From Macrostomum lignano (lineage: Eukaryota): a DNA stretch of 64,000 nucleotides. The notes under the pieces are model-generated. The model was not told the DNA's origin, did no database searches, and saw nothing but the letters and a program-made list of their open reading frames with translations. Position 1 is the stretch's first letter, and every line of letters begins with the position of its first letter. The DNA lies in the NCBI GenBank assembly GCA_002269645.1, contig NIVC01003480.1, positions 31,938 to 95,937 of the forward strand. The letters run 5' to 3'. This document shows positions 1 through 12,021 of this stretch, in pieces. The position numbers were made by a program, and so were the translations under genes.

Positions 1-740
1 TTGTGTTCTAGTAGGGTCATGTTTGTGTTTGAGTAGGGTCATGTTTGTGTTTGAGTAGGGTCATGTTTGTGTTTGAGTAGGGTCATGTTTGTGTTTGAGT
101 AGGGTCATGTTTGTGTTTGAGTAGGGTCATGTTTTTGTTTGAGTAGGGCCATATTTGTGTTTGAGTAGGGTCATGTTTGTGTTTGAGTAGGGTTATGTTT
201 GTGTTTGAGTAGGGTCATGTTTGTGTTTGAGTAGGGTCATGTTTGTGTTTGAGTAGGGTCATGTTTGTGTTTGAGTAGGGTCATGTTTGTGTTTGAGTAG
301 GGTCATGTTTGTGTTTGAGTAGGGTCATGTTTTTGTTTGAGTAGGATCATGTTTTTGTTTGAGTAGGGTTATGTTTGTGTTTGAGTAGGGTCATGTTTGT
401 GTTTGAGTAGGGTCATGTTTGTGTTTGAGTAGGGTCATGTTTGTGTTTGAGTAGGGTCATGTTTGTGTTTGAGTAGGGTCATGTTTGTGTTTGAGTAGGG
501 TCATGTTTGTGTTTGAGTAGGGTCATGTTTGTGTTTGAGTAGGGTCATGTTTGTGTTTGAGTAGGGTCATGTTTGTGTTTGAGTAGGGTCATGTTTTTGT
601 TTGAGTAGGATCATGTTTTTGTTTGTGTAGGGTCATGTTTGTGTTTGAGTAGGGTCATGTTTTTGTTTGAGTAGGGTCATGTTTGTGTTTGAGTAGGGTC
701 ATGTTTTTGTTTGAGTAGGGCCATATTTGTGTTTGAGTAG
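1..740. repeat. 22-bp minisatellite
   Basis: Unit GAGTAGGGTCATGTTTGTGTTT. Confidence 0.95.
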
Positions 741-767
741 AATTATAATTGCCTTTGTAACGTACAG

Positions 768-1460
768 TAGGACTATTGGGACCCTATCTGTATTGTAATG
801 GGACTATCGGGACCCCTATCTGGACTGTAGTGGGACTATCGGGACCCATATCTGTATTGTAATGGGACTATCGGGACCCCTATCTGGACTGTAGTGGGAC
901 TATCGGGACCCATATCTGGACTGCAGTGGGACTATCGGGATCCATATCTGGACTGCAGTGGGACTATCGGTACCTATCTGGTCTGTAGTGGGAGTCTTTG
1001 GGACTATCGGGACCCCTATCTGGACTGTAGTGGGACTATCGGGACCCATATCTGGACTGCAGTGGGACTATCGGGATCCATATCTGGACTGCAGTGGGAC
1101 TATCGGTACCTATCTGGTCTGTAGTGGGAGTCTTTGGGACTATCGGGACCCCTATCTGGACTGTAGTGAGACTATGGGGACCCCTATCTAGTCTGTAGTG
1201 GGAGTCTGTGGGACTATTGGGACCCCTATCCGCACTGTAATGGGACTATCGGACCCATATCTGGACTGTAGTGAGACTATGGGGACCCCTATCTAGTCTG
1301 TAGTGGGAGTCTGTGGGACTATTGGGACCCCTATCCGCACTGTAATGGGACTATCGGACCCATATCTGGACTGTAGTGGGACTATGGGGACCCCTATCTG
1401 GTCTGTAGTGGGAGTCTGTGGGACTATCGGGACCCCTATCTGGACTGCACTGGGACTATT
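768..1460. repeat. 31-32-bp minisatellite
   Basis: Unit GGGACTATCGGGACCCCTATCTGGACTGTAGT and variants. Confidence 0.9.
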
Positions 1461-1616
1461 AGCACTACAAGTCTCACTGTTGCGAGACTGTACGGGACCA
1501 AAAACTGTTTACTATTCGGACGAATCAATTGGGTTTTACTTATCATGCTACTTTCAGTAGAATTCAAGATATTTCAATTGTAAAAGACTTAGAAATAAAA
1601 GTGCACGCACTTCCAG

Positions 1617-4600
1617 TGGACTCGCTGACCCCGGGCGCAGCCAACGGCGCCGCCAACTCGAGCAGCCTGGCACAGCGATCGGCGCCATTCTACATTCTCC
1701 GACTGAAGTCCGAGCCGCCGCCGACCCCGTCGCCGAGAGGAGGGTCGACAGTGATGCTGGAATTCCGCTGGGATCTCATATTGATATTTGTGGCGCTGAA
1801 AACCCTGCAAGGCATTGGCACTGGCAGCTCCGGTCTCATTGGCGTTGTACGATTCTATCTGTGGATCCGGGTGGACCAGTTCACTATGCGGGAGGCTTCG
1901 CTCAAGCTCTTTAATCACTTGCACCTGTAAGTTGGTTGCCCTGATGATTCGCATCCTAAAGTTCACTGCGAGAATCGTCTGGACCTTAAGTCCTTAAACT
2001 CCTTGAAAAGTCATATTTAGACTGCGAGAATTGTCCATAAGCTTTTATAATCGTCAAATCGTCGTAATTGTTACTATTACTAAGAGATGAAAATTGTTAC
2101 TAAGCCATGAGAATTGTCTCTAGGCCATGAGAATCGTTCTTCAAGCCATTAGTTAGAATCGGCCCTAAGCCATTAAAATTGTCCCTAGATCATGAGGATG
2201 GTGTCTATACCATGAGAATTTTCTCTAGGCTACGAGAATCGCCCATAAAGCCATGAGAATTTTCTCTAGGCTACGAGAATCGCCCATAAAGCCATGAGAA
2301 TTTTCTCTAGGCTACGAGAATCGCCCATAAAGCCATGAGAATTTTTTCTAGGCTACGAGTATCGCCCATAAAGTCATGAGAATTGTCTCTAGGCTACGAG
2401 AATCGCCCATGAAGCCATGAGAATTTTCTCTGGGCTACGAGAATCGCCCATAAAGCCATGAGAATTTTCTCTGGGCTACGAGAATCGCCCATAAAGCCAT
2501 GAGAATTTTCTCTGGGCTACGAGAATCGCCCATAAAGCCATGAGAATTTTCTCTAGGCTTTTAGAACCGCCCATAAAGCCATGAGAATCTTCTCTAGGCT
2601 ACGAGAATCGCCCATAAAGCCATGAGAATTTTCTCTAGGCTACGAGAATCGCCCATAAAGCCATGTGAAATTTATCTAGACTACGAGAATCGCCCATAAA
2701 GCCATGAGAATTTTCTCTGGGCTACGAGAATCGCCCATAAAGCCATGAGTATTTCTCTAAACCGTCCGAGAACAGTCTCAAAGCCCATTAAGATTTGTAT
2801 TAGATTATCTTGTCAAATTCTTCTAATCTGTCCCCATGCAGACTGTCGCTCCGTTGGCACCTGTCCAAGAAAACCGGAGAAGTATTGCGCATAGTCGATC
2901 GCGGCGTAAACTCCATCAACCAGCTGCTCAGCTATATTCTATTCAACATTGCGCCTACTCTATTCGACATTAGCATCGGCATTGTGTACCTCACTAGCTG
3001 GTTTAACGCCTGGTTCGGCATCATGGTATTCGCCACCATGGCCCTGTTCCTGTACCTGTCCATTGTCATCACCGAATGGCGCACAAAGTTCAGGCGCCGA
3101 ATGAACGCGCTGGATAATGAGCGGAACGCTCGCGCGGTTGATTCACTGCTCAACTTTGAGACTGTCAAATATTACGCTGCCGAGGGATACGAGACCGAGC
3201 GATTCCGCAAGGCTACGGTGGACTATCAGGTCCTATCATTGCTTACCACACTTTCATTATCCATAGGCGCTATCCTACATTGTTTAGGGGGCAGAGTAGC
3301 CTCCCTGGGTTCGATTTCCACATTCATTTGGGGCTTGTATGTGCAAGAAAATTGGCCCTATGGGTTGTCGTGCGTTGTTTAGTGGTCCTTGTATCTGTCT
3401 ACCTTTGCCTAAACTCAATTTCTTCCAATAACCTACCACAATCTACTTATTGTTAACGCGCCAAAATCTCACTCGACCACTATATTCAGGAGGCCGACTA
3501 CATCAGCAGTCAGACGCTGAATCTGTTAAACAGCGTGCAAAACTTCATTATCAACATCGGCTTCACAGGCGGGGCCCTGCTATGCGCCTATTATATTGTC
3601 CAACGGGCCAATGGAAATCCGGAGGTGCCGGCGCTTACAGTTGGCGACTATGTACTGTTCAGCACCTACATAATGCAGCTGTACGTGCCGTTGAATTGGT
3701 TCGCCACCTACTATAGAATGATTCAGCAACAGTTTATCGATATGGAGAATATGTTTGAACTGCTAGACACTAAGGCAGAAGTTGCCGATCACCCAGACGC
3801 CGTGGATTTGAACTTAGGCGAAGCCACGGTGAGCAGCTTGCCGTTCTCGTGGATCTGGGATTTAAAGTTTGAGAAAACTTTCTGTTCCTTCAGTGTGTTC
3901 CCCTCTGCCTGCTTCCTGATCCTTCAGTGTGTTCCCCTCTGCCTGCTTCCTGATCCTTCAGTGTGTTCCCCTCTGCCTGCTTCCTGATCCTTCAGTGTGT
4001 TCCCCTCTGCCTGCTTCCTGATCCTTCAGTGTGTTGCCCTCTGCCTGCTTCCTGATCCTTCAGTGTGTTCCCCTCTGCCTGCTTCCTGATCCTTCAGTGT
4101 GTTCCCCTCTGCCTGCTTCCTGATCCTTCAGTGTGTTCCCCTCTGCCTGCTTCCTGATCCTTCAGTGCTTTCCTGATCCTTCAGTGTGTTTCCCTCTTGT
4201 CTGCTTCCTGTAAACCCCCTTTGATCTTTCAACAACCGGTGACCCCCTTTGATCCTTCAACAACCGGTGACCCCCTTTGATCCTTCAACAACCGGTGACC
4301 CCCTTTGATCCTTCAACAACCGGTGACCCCACTTTTGATCCTCCAACAACCGGTGACCCCCACCACTGCTCCAGGTGGAATTCCGGGACGTGAGCTTTCA
4401 CTACGAGCCGGCCAAGCCGGTGCTGAAATCCGTGACCTTCACAGTGGAGCCGGGCCAGACCGTGGCTCTGGTCGGCCAGTCAGGCGCTGGCAAATCGTCA
4501 ATCCTTCGCCTGCTGTTCCGATTCTACGATGTGCAATCCGGCCAGATTCTCATCGACGGCAAAGATATTCGCCGTGTGACTCAGAACAGTCTCAGACAGG

Positions 4601-6301
4601 CGATCGGGGTTGTGCCGCAGGACACGGCGCTGTTCAATGCCGATATTCGCTATAATATTCGATACGGGAGGCCCGACGCTAGCGATGCCGAGGTTTGTAC
4701 TTTTATTTTATTTATTATATCATTATTTCTTGACAGAAACTACATACTGACTTAAACTACTCGTAGCCAACTGAAGGCCAACACCCATCAAGACAGTCTG
4801 GGCTGCTGTACACCATGTGTTGAGTATGCGGAATGGGCATGACTGCCTCCTGTCTCCTCGCTGACTGCGGCTAACCCTTATAGGACTTCATCCACCCTTA
4901 TTGGATTAAAGCTACACTATTTAGCCGAAGCTACCCATTATGACAATGTAACTATCTATCATCTACACGAAACTGCTAATAATCTGCTAGAAACTGCCTA
5001 TCTACCCAAACTACCCATCATCTATCCAAACTGCCAATCCATCCAAAACTACCCATTATCTACCCGAAACTGCCTATCATCTACCCGAAGCTACCCATCA
5101 TCTACCCGAAGCTACCCATCATCTACCCGAAGCTACCCATCATCTACCCAAAACTAAGCATCATCTACCCAAAACTACCCATCATCTACCCGAAACTACC
5201 CATCATCTACCCGAAACATACATGCGCAACAGTCGGCCGAGTCGGCCGATCCGGCCGACCGATTTGGCGGCCAATCAAGGAAGTCGCAAAAATGCCCACC
5301 CAAAAATAACCTAAAGAGTAGTACTAAGTAGCTGACGAGGCATTTTAGCTTAATAAAACAGTCATAGTTACTCCTGCCGTTTACCCAAAGTTGCGTTAAT
5401 TTTGCTTTCGGGTTTTTTTAAATGTAAGTCGCATTTTTGGCCAAAAACTACGTCGCATTTTTGTTAAAACTAAGTCGCACGGCTGACCGAATTTTGGAGG
5501 TTGCACATGTATGACCCGAAACTACCCATCATCTACCCAAAACTGCCCATCATCTACCCAAAACTACCCATCATCTACCCGAAGCTACCCATCATCTACC
5601 CAAAACTGCCCATCATCTACCCGAAACTACCCATCATCTACCCGAAACTGCCCATCATCTACCCGAAACTACCCATCATCTATCCGAAACTGCCCATCAT
5701 CTACCCGAAGCTACCCATCATCTACCCGAAACTGCCCATCATCTACCCGAAACTACCCATCATCTATCCGAAACTGCCCATCATCTACCCGAAACTACCC
5801 ATCATCTATCCGAAACTACCCATCATCTACCATGTCCTCTGCTATCAACTCAACTCTCAGGTGGAGCAGGCGGCCACCCTAGCGGACATTCACAGCCGCA
5901 TTCTGAGCTTTCCAAGCGGCTACGATACCGTAGTTGGCGAGCGAGGTCTCAAGCTCAGCGGCGGCGAGAAACAGCGAGTAGCTATAGCTCGAACACTGCT
6001 CAAGGGGCCGAGAATTGTACTGCTAGATGAGGCCACTAGCGCATTGGACACGGCAACGGAGAGGAATATTCAAGCTAGTCTAGATCGGGTCTGCTCAGGC
6101 CGCACCACTCTGGTAGTTGCTCACCGACTGTCCACCATAGTTGGCGCCGATGTCATCTTGGTGTTGCATGACGGCGAGATTGTTGAACGCGGCTCGCACG
6201 ATGCTCTGGTGCAGTCTGGCGGTCTCTATGCTAGCATGTGGCGTCAGCAGAAGCTGGAGTCTGACGAACTGGCTAAGGAGAATGAGACAGCTGAGATGTA
6301 G
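1617..6301 (+). CDS. ABCB6: ABCB6/HMT-1-like half ABC transporter, 3' part (5' exons lie upstream of the window)
   Basis: Exons 1617-1926, 2842-3229, 3490-3828, 4375-4692, 5861-6301 join in frame with GT-AG boundaries. Motifs: [44 protein letters not shown], Walker [10 protein letters not shown]-loop VPQD, signature [13 protein letters not shown], Walker [12 protein letters not shown]-loop VAHRLST. AATAAA at 6694. Confidence 0.93.
2100..2760. repeat. 41-bp intronic minisatellite
   Basis: Unit AAAGCCATGAGAATTTTCTCTAGGCTACGAGAATCGCCCAT. Confidence 0.92.
3887..4362. repeat. Adjacent 34-bp and 28-bp intronic minisatellites
   Basis: CCTTCAGTGTGTTCCCCTCTGCCTGCTTCCTGAT to about 4190, then CCCCCTTTGATCCTTCAACAACCGGTGA. 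Confidence 0.9.
5217..5513. mobile_element. 297-bp MITE with 14-bp TIRs and 8-bp TSD (hAT/P/Merlin-type TSD length) in ABCB6 intron
   Basis: TIRs CATACATGCGCAAC (5217-5230) and GTTGCACATGTATG (5500-5513), 13/14 match. ACCCGAAA duplicated at 5209-5216 and 5514-5521. Repeated subterminal (A/C)GTCGC motifs. Confidence 0.85.
5323..5386 (-). other. 28S rRNA helix 69-71 derived fragment inside the MITE (not a functional rRNA gene)
   Basis: Minus strand GGGTAAACGGCAGGAGTAACTATGACT-N14-AAATGCCTCGTCAGCT versus the conserved eukaryotic LSU sequence GGGTAAACGGCGGGAGTAACTATGACT-CTCTTAAGGTAGCC-AAATGCCTCGTCATCT (recalled consensus). Confidence 0.8.
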
Positions 6302-6404
6302 TCTGCCTGCTTTACTGTGGATTTGGAAGTGGCTTTAACTCTTAGTAGGGCGAAACTGCTGGAGATATTTCCTAGAATTGCTGTTTCTGGGAATTCCGAA
6401 TTCT

Positions 6405-6645
6405 TTGTTCTTATCATAATTGAGGCCCAGGTTCTTATGGGTTCTTACCATCTTGATTGAAGCCTAGGTTCATATTGGCTCTTATCATAATTGAGGCCCA
6501 GGTTCTTATGGGTTCTTATCTTGATTGAGACCTGGGTTTATATTGGTTCTTATCATAATTGAGACCTGGGTTTATAATGGCTCTTATCATAATTGAGGCC
6601 CAGGTTCATATTGGTTCTTATCATAATTGAGACCTGGGTTTATAG
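6405..6645. repeat. About 34-bp repeat in ABCB6 3' UTR
   Basis: TTATCATAATTGAG(G/A)CC recurs at 6411, 6482, 6550, 6584, 6618. Confidence 0.8.
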
Positions 6646-7419
6646 TATCAGTAGCACAAAATAGGCATATTTCGTGTTTCGTGTTAGCTAGTTAATAAAT
6701 TTGTTTATTTTGTTTTTATCTTAACAATGAAGCTATTAAATACTTTATGCAGCACTGGGGCAGGTATCGCCCATTGTGCGGAAGAGTGAGCAACTACATC
6801 ACGAATTGATTTTCCCATAAATAGATTTCTGGCCCTACTTTATCTGCTTCTTCCTATCCGCCCCAATTCACTCGCGTTCTTGACAGCTGACTGTATTTTT
6901 AAACCTACTAGCCGCAATCAGTAGGATGTAACCTCTCTAATTTTGTTATAACTACTGTTAAACTACTTATTGATAAGTAGTATAAAAATTATATATAGAT
7001 AAAATAGTCTTTCGACTGTAAAAAATTACACATTCGCGGTATATTGTTTAGCGCCATGGATTTTCTGCAGCTGAATTAAGCTTGAAGATCGTAACTCTAT
7101 AATAGAAATGTACGTCTGGCGTTATCGACTTATTGTAGTTTTTCCAAAATAAGAAATTAACTTACTTGCCTCGATCAGAAGCGTATCATATAAATAGACC
7201 TTTTAGTCAGTTGTTTTTGTACTTATTTTCATTTGATACTGTGACACTGCGGCTGTGTGTCACCAAGTAGGCATTCTGCGGTCACGTGCTGCATCACGAG
7301 ACTGCCTTCACTGCGTCATCTCACTGCGCCAGACAAACACACTTTGAGCGCTTACAGAGACGTTAAGTAAGAGATACTAAGTAGCTGATTCTAGACTTAT
7401 GCGTATGCAGATACCGCCA

Positions 7420-8298
7420 GCCTCCAAGATCCTTATTTGCTGGGCCACCTTCCCATATCCTCAGTTGCTGGGCCAGCCTCTCAGATCCCCAGTTGCTGGG
7501 CCAGCCTCCCAAATCCTCAGTTGTTGTTAGTCTACCAGATCCTCAGTTGCTGCGCCAGCCTCCCAGATCCTCAGTTGCTGGGCCACCTTCCCAGATCCAT
7601 AGGTGATGGGCCAGCCTCCAAGATCCTTAGTTGCTGGGCCACCTTCCCATATCCTCAGTTGCTGGGCCAGCCTCTCAGATCTCCAGTTGCTGGGCCAGCC
7701 TCCCAAATCCTCAGTTGTTGTTAGTCCACCAGATCCTCAGTTGCTGCGCCAGCCTCCCAGATCCTCAGTTGCTGGGCCACCTTCCCAGATCCATAGGTGA
7801 TGGGCCAGCCTCCAAGATCCTTAGTTGCTGGGCCACCTTCCCAGATCCTCAGTTGCTGGGCCAGCCTCTCAGATCCCCAGTTGCTGGGCCAGCCTCCCGG
7901 ATCCTCAGTTCCTGAGCCAGCCTCTCAGATCCTCAGTTGCTGAGCTAGGCTCCCAGATCCTCAGTTGCTGGACCAGTGTCACCCCCTTCCCAGATCCTCA
8001 GTTGCTGGACCAGTGTCACCCCCTTCCCAGATCCTCAGTTGCTGGACCAGTGTCACCCCCTTCCCAGATCCTCAGTTGCTGGACCAGTGTCACCCCCTTC
8101 CCAGATCCTCAGTTGCTGGACCAGTGTCACCCCCTTCCCAGATCCTCAGTTGCTGGACCAGTGTCACCCCTTCCCAGATCCTCAGTTGCTGGACCAGTGT
8201 CACCCCCTTCCCAGATCCTCAGTTGCTGGACCAGTGTCACCCCCTTCCCAGATCCTCAGTTGCTGGACCAGTGTCACCCCCTTCCCAGATCCTCAGTC
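7420..8298. repeat. 28-bp minisatellite (194-bp higher-order block) grading into a related 37-bp unit
   Basis: CCCAGATCCTCAGTTGCTGGGCCAGCCT, then CCCAGATCCTCAGTTGCTGGACCAGTGTCACCCCCTT from about 7960. Confidence 0.92.
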
Positions 8299-9235
8299 TA
8301 GATCTTCGTCTAGCTGCCAAAAATTGCAAGGTTGCAACTTTCGATTTCCATAATTATGACTGACTCGTTATTTTTCTCTTAACAACTTATCCCCGAATTC
8401 GTTCTGCGCAGCTCTGCGCTTGTGAATTGCGCATAAAAAATAGCCTGTTGTAACTCATCCTGCAATATATACAGAATGTTATAGTAGGCGGAAGATAGTG
8501 TAGTGATGCCATAGTTCCTAACTATCAACATGTACTAAAATGAGGTTTACGTTTGGAAGAGTTCAAGCAACATTCTTGTCTGCTTTCATTTTGCATCAGC
8601 AATGAATTCTTGCGCGGGGCATCTTTTTTTGGTTTTTTGACAGCATGCCGATTCTGCCTTGCGGTTCTGTGCCGCCTCTATTGGGCAATACGGCCAGACC
8701 TCAAAAAGGCCTTTCTACGATCAATGCTGCACTTCCTGAATACTGAATTTAGTCTTCAAGGGCGTTTTCCTAAAGCCGACTGACTTCTAGCTGCTCTTAG
8801 CAACAAATGTTTAAAGTGCAAGCGCCAAGTTGCCCAGTTTTGCTATCGTATTTCGGCATCTGAAAATATGCTTTATTACTAACCAAATATTTGATGCTTT
8901 TGGCCGCCTGCCAAGACCAGCAAAACAAAATAGATGGGCAGTCAGCCAACGAAGTTACTCATAAATAAAAATAACTATTCCCAGGACACTCGCGCCATGG
9001 TCTTGCCACCTGCAACACTGAGAGGCACCCTGGCATGCACTCATACAGTCATACAGACGCCTACACAGCGTGTACTCATGCACAGCCAGGCGCGTCGCCA
9101 CCGGGGGGGGGGGGGGACAGGGAGGACATGTCCCCCCCTCAGTAAAAGCTATGGGGGGCATGCAAATGCTTTGTCCCCACAACCCACGTAACCCACTTTG
9201 TGACCCATTGTGGTAATCAATCATTTTTCTTCAGG

Positions 9236-9622
9236 GCGCTAAAATGAGTGCCTGCGGCGCTAAAATGAGTGCCTGCGGCGCTAAAATGAGTGCCTGCGGC
9301 GCTAAAATGAGTGCCTGCGGCGCTAAAATGAGTGCCTGCGTTGCCAAAATGAGTGCCTGGGACGCTAAAATGAGTTCATGCGGCGCTAAAATGAGTGCCT
9401 GCGGCGCTAAAATGAGTGCCTGCGGTGCTAAAATGAGTTGCTGCGGCGCTAAAATGAGTTGCTGCGGCGCTAAAATGAGTGCCTGCGGCGCTAAAATGAG
9501 TGCCTGCGGTGCTAAAATGAGTTCATGCGGCGCTAAAATGAGTACCTGCGGTGCTAAAATGAGTGTCTGCGGCGCTAAAATGAGTACCTGCGGTGCTAAA
9601 ATGAGTGCCTGCGGCGCTAAAA
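9236..9622. repeat. 21-bp minisatellite
   Basis: Unit GCGCTAAAATGAGTGCCTGCG. Confidence 0.93.
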
Positions 9623-10027
9623 TGGTTTTAATCTTGAAAATCAAAAACCAGTCAAAAGTCATTTTTAGTCAGTTTGCCGGACTTGTACTTCGTACGAGTG
9701 TATAATAAACAAACGCCGGCTCGTACACGAAATGGTTTATGCAGGGACTACCTCAAACACATTAGAGAGATGCTGTGTTACTTTGTTGTCTATGGTTATT
9801 TTCTACTGCTGATAAAAGACCAGCCTCGTAAAAAATTCCTAGTTTCCCGTCCCGGTGTTTGAGTAGTCCCTGGATTTATGCAGCTATAATAAGCGTGAAA
9901 TATTGGTAGACTATTGGTAGACTGATGGTTAGAACTGAATCATCAACGCACACATGTTCGATATGTAAATTCTTCATACTGGTACGCAAGTCGTATAAAT
10001 ATTTATATTTATAAATACCATTTGGAC

Positions 10028-10200
10028 ACCATGGCCCTCTAAGGTCACAGCTGCTTTGCCTTATGCATCGCTATCTTCAGAACTCCGCACTGAGGAACGC
10101 CCATTCTGCGTCTCCGCAGTGTTGAGAATACGGAGCACTTCATCGGAGAGGTGCACCACTGCGAGGTGTCACTACCTCTTTCGAAATTTTCAGACCCGAG
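10028..10200 (+). mobile_element. Degenerate 3' (CCHC region) fragment of a related LINE
   Basis: ACCATGGCCCTCTAAGGTCACAGCTGCTT (10028-10056) is 26/29 identical to 11326-11354. Broken translation gives TMAL*GHSCF..HRYLQ..PFC..NTEHFIGE, parallel to TMTLSGHGCFSRHQYLQ..CSFC..TAEHFVSIC. Confidence 0.65.
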
Positions 10201-10230
10201 AATCTCTGCGTACAGCAGGTAGTTCGACCT

Positions 10231-11747
10231 CTGCAGCTATACGGCAGGGATATTGCCTTCGCGCACCAGACCAGATGTCTCGGGGTCATACTTGATCACC
10301 GGCTCAACTGGTCCTTCCACGTGAAAGCAAAAGCCAAGCGTGCCTCAGCCATCCTGGCCCAGCTCCGACGGGCACTTGGCACCTCTTGGGGTCTTTCCCC
10401 AAAGCGGCTTTGGCGGATCTACACTTCCGTAGTTAGACCTGCCATTACGTAAGCCTCGGTTGTCTGGGTTAGCGCTACCCAGGTCAAAAGCCATGCAGAT
10501 TTGCTCAACACGATCCAGGGCAGAGCGTGTAGGCTTATCTGCAACGCCACCAGGTCCACGCCCTTTGCCGGCATGGGGGCCTTCCTTAATCTACCGCCTC
10601 TCGACCTCTTCGTCAGGGGTGAGGCGGCTAGAACGACGCGGCGTTTACTTGATGCCGGTGTCAAATTCCTTTACATGAGGGCACCTGCTAAGCGGAACCT
10701 CGTCCCGCATAGCGAACTGTGCCTCAACATTCTCAACGAGTGTCAGGCCAATCGCGTCTTCACCGATGGCATTGCCTCAACGCTCAACCTGAGACAACGC
10801 TACTCCACTGGAACCCCGGTGAGCTTCATTGCTACACCGACGGTTCTAAGCAGTCAGCCAACACCGGTTTTGGTGTTGGAATCTTCCTGAACGGGAGGGT
10901 CATCGCAACCCGGTAAGAACCGGTAAGAACATCATTTTCCATTCGGACAGCCAAGCTGCCTTGCACGCCATCAGTGGCTGTATTCTGCTACAGTCCTCGA
11001 CTGTATCAAACTCCTCAACAAGTTGGGCTCCACCAACAAAATCACCCTTAAGTGGGTTCCGGGGCATGTGGGGATCCGAGGAAATGAGTTGGCTGACGCC
11101 CTTGAAAAAGTTGGCGCCTCCGGCTCCTCTCTCGGTCCCGAACCCCTTGTCCCGATTCCTGGCTGTGTCATCGACTCGCGCATCAAAGCGTGGATCAGGA
11201 CTCAGCACCGCTCGACTTGGGCGAACTGCACTACCTGCAGGCAATCCAGAGGCGCTGTCCCTCAGCCCTCTCACCAGCTCCGGAAGATCTTCTTGCGCCT
11301 CTCGCGCAGAGACATCCGGGCTGCCACCATGACCCTCTCAGGTCACGGCTGCTTCTCTAGGCACCAGTACCTGCAGGGCAACGCCATCAACGCCATCTGC
11401 AGTTTCTGTAACTCAGGTGACGAAACCGCTGAGCATTTCGTCAGCATCTGTCCCGCCTTTACGCGAGCCAGACTCACTTACCTCGGGCCACACACATCTA
11501 TTACTGAAGCGTGCAAACCCGAAAACTTTAATCAGCTCATGCGCTACCTCCGGGCCACCCGCAGGGCTGAACTCTCCTTTCCAGAGAGCACTATAGCTGC
11601 TGGCGACACTGGGGGACCTCCCTGGGCGGCGCCAACCCTTCGTCCATAGCGACGCGTCGGCCGTTCAGGGATTAGCGGAATGGGCGCCCGCGCCTTCCCG
11701 CTGTGTCCCCTCCGGGACAGCCCTGCAGCTAAGTCAAGTAAGTCAAG
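10231..11747 (+). mobile_element. 5'-truncated, inactivated non-LTR retrotransposon (R1/I-group-like ORF2 end: RT thumb, RNase H, CCHC)
   Basis: CLGVILDHRLNW..WGLSPKRLWRIYTSVVRPAIT*ASVVW (TAA at 10450). RNase H motifs YTDGSK, HSDSQAAL, LKWVPGHVGIRGNELAD. CSFCNSGDETAEHFVSICP finger. At least three frame breaks. (TAAGTCAAG)2 tail at 11730-11747. Confidence 0.9.
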
Positions 11748-12021
11748 CAGGTAGTTCTATAGTTTTATTCCATTTCGTTAATTCAGTTACACTGAACCTG
11801 TCAGTCTCCGTTGATTTACCATCCTGGCCATGGGAAAAAAGTGCAGTCAGTATACACTGGCAACATTGAAAAGTTTCCACTTTCGCGCCGTTTAGAGTTT
11901 CAAAACTGGTTTTTGTCGCCAGACTCGTGCCATAGACGATTGATGATTTCGTCAACACGCACTTGGGCCATAGACAAAAACTTGGGTCATAGACGCCAGA
12001 CAGATCGAAGGAAACAGTCAC

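Larger units (their letters stand above)
4990..5830. repeat. 21-bp intronic minisatellite split by the MITE
   Basis: Unit CATCATCTACCCGAAACTACC on both sides of 5217-5513. Confidence 0.92.

Noticed and set aside
5323-5386. Functional rRNA gene
   Set aside because: Only about 64 nt, altered in a conserved segment, and inside a MITE.
9085-9180. G-run/C-run hairpin motif resembling a DNA-transposon end (similar motif near 26880-27000)
   Set aside because: I could not find a matching second terminus or TSD.
9231-9705. MSACGAK / LILAPQA repeat proteins
   Set aside because: 21-bp minisatellite open on both strands; no splice or expression cues. The same applies to the MALPEQLTMG (43570), PSPASPY (39757) and YPKLPII (5501) ORFs.
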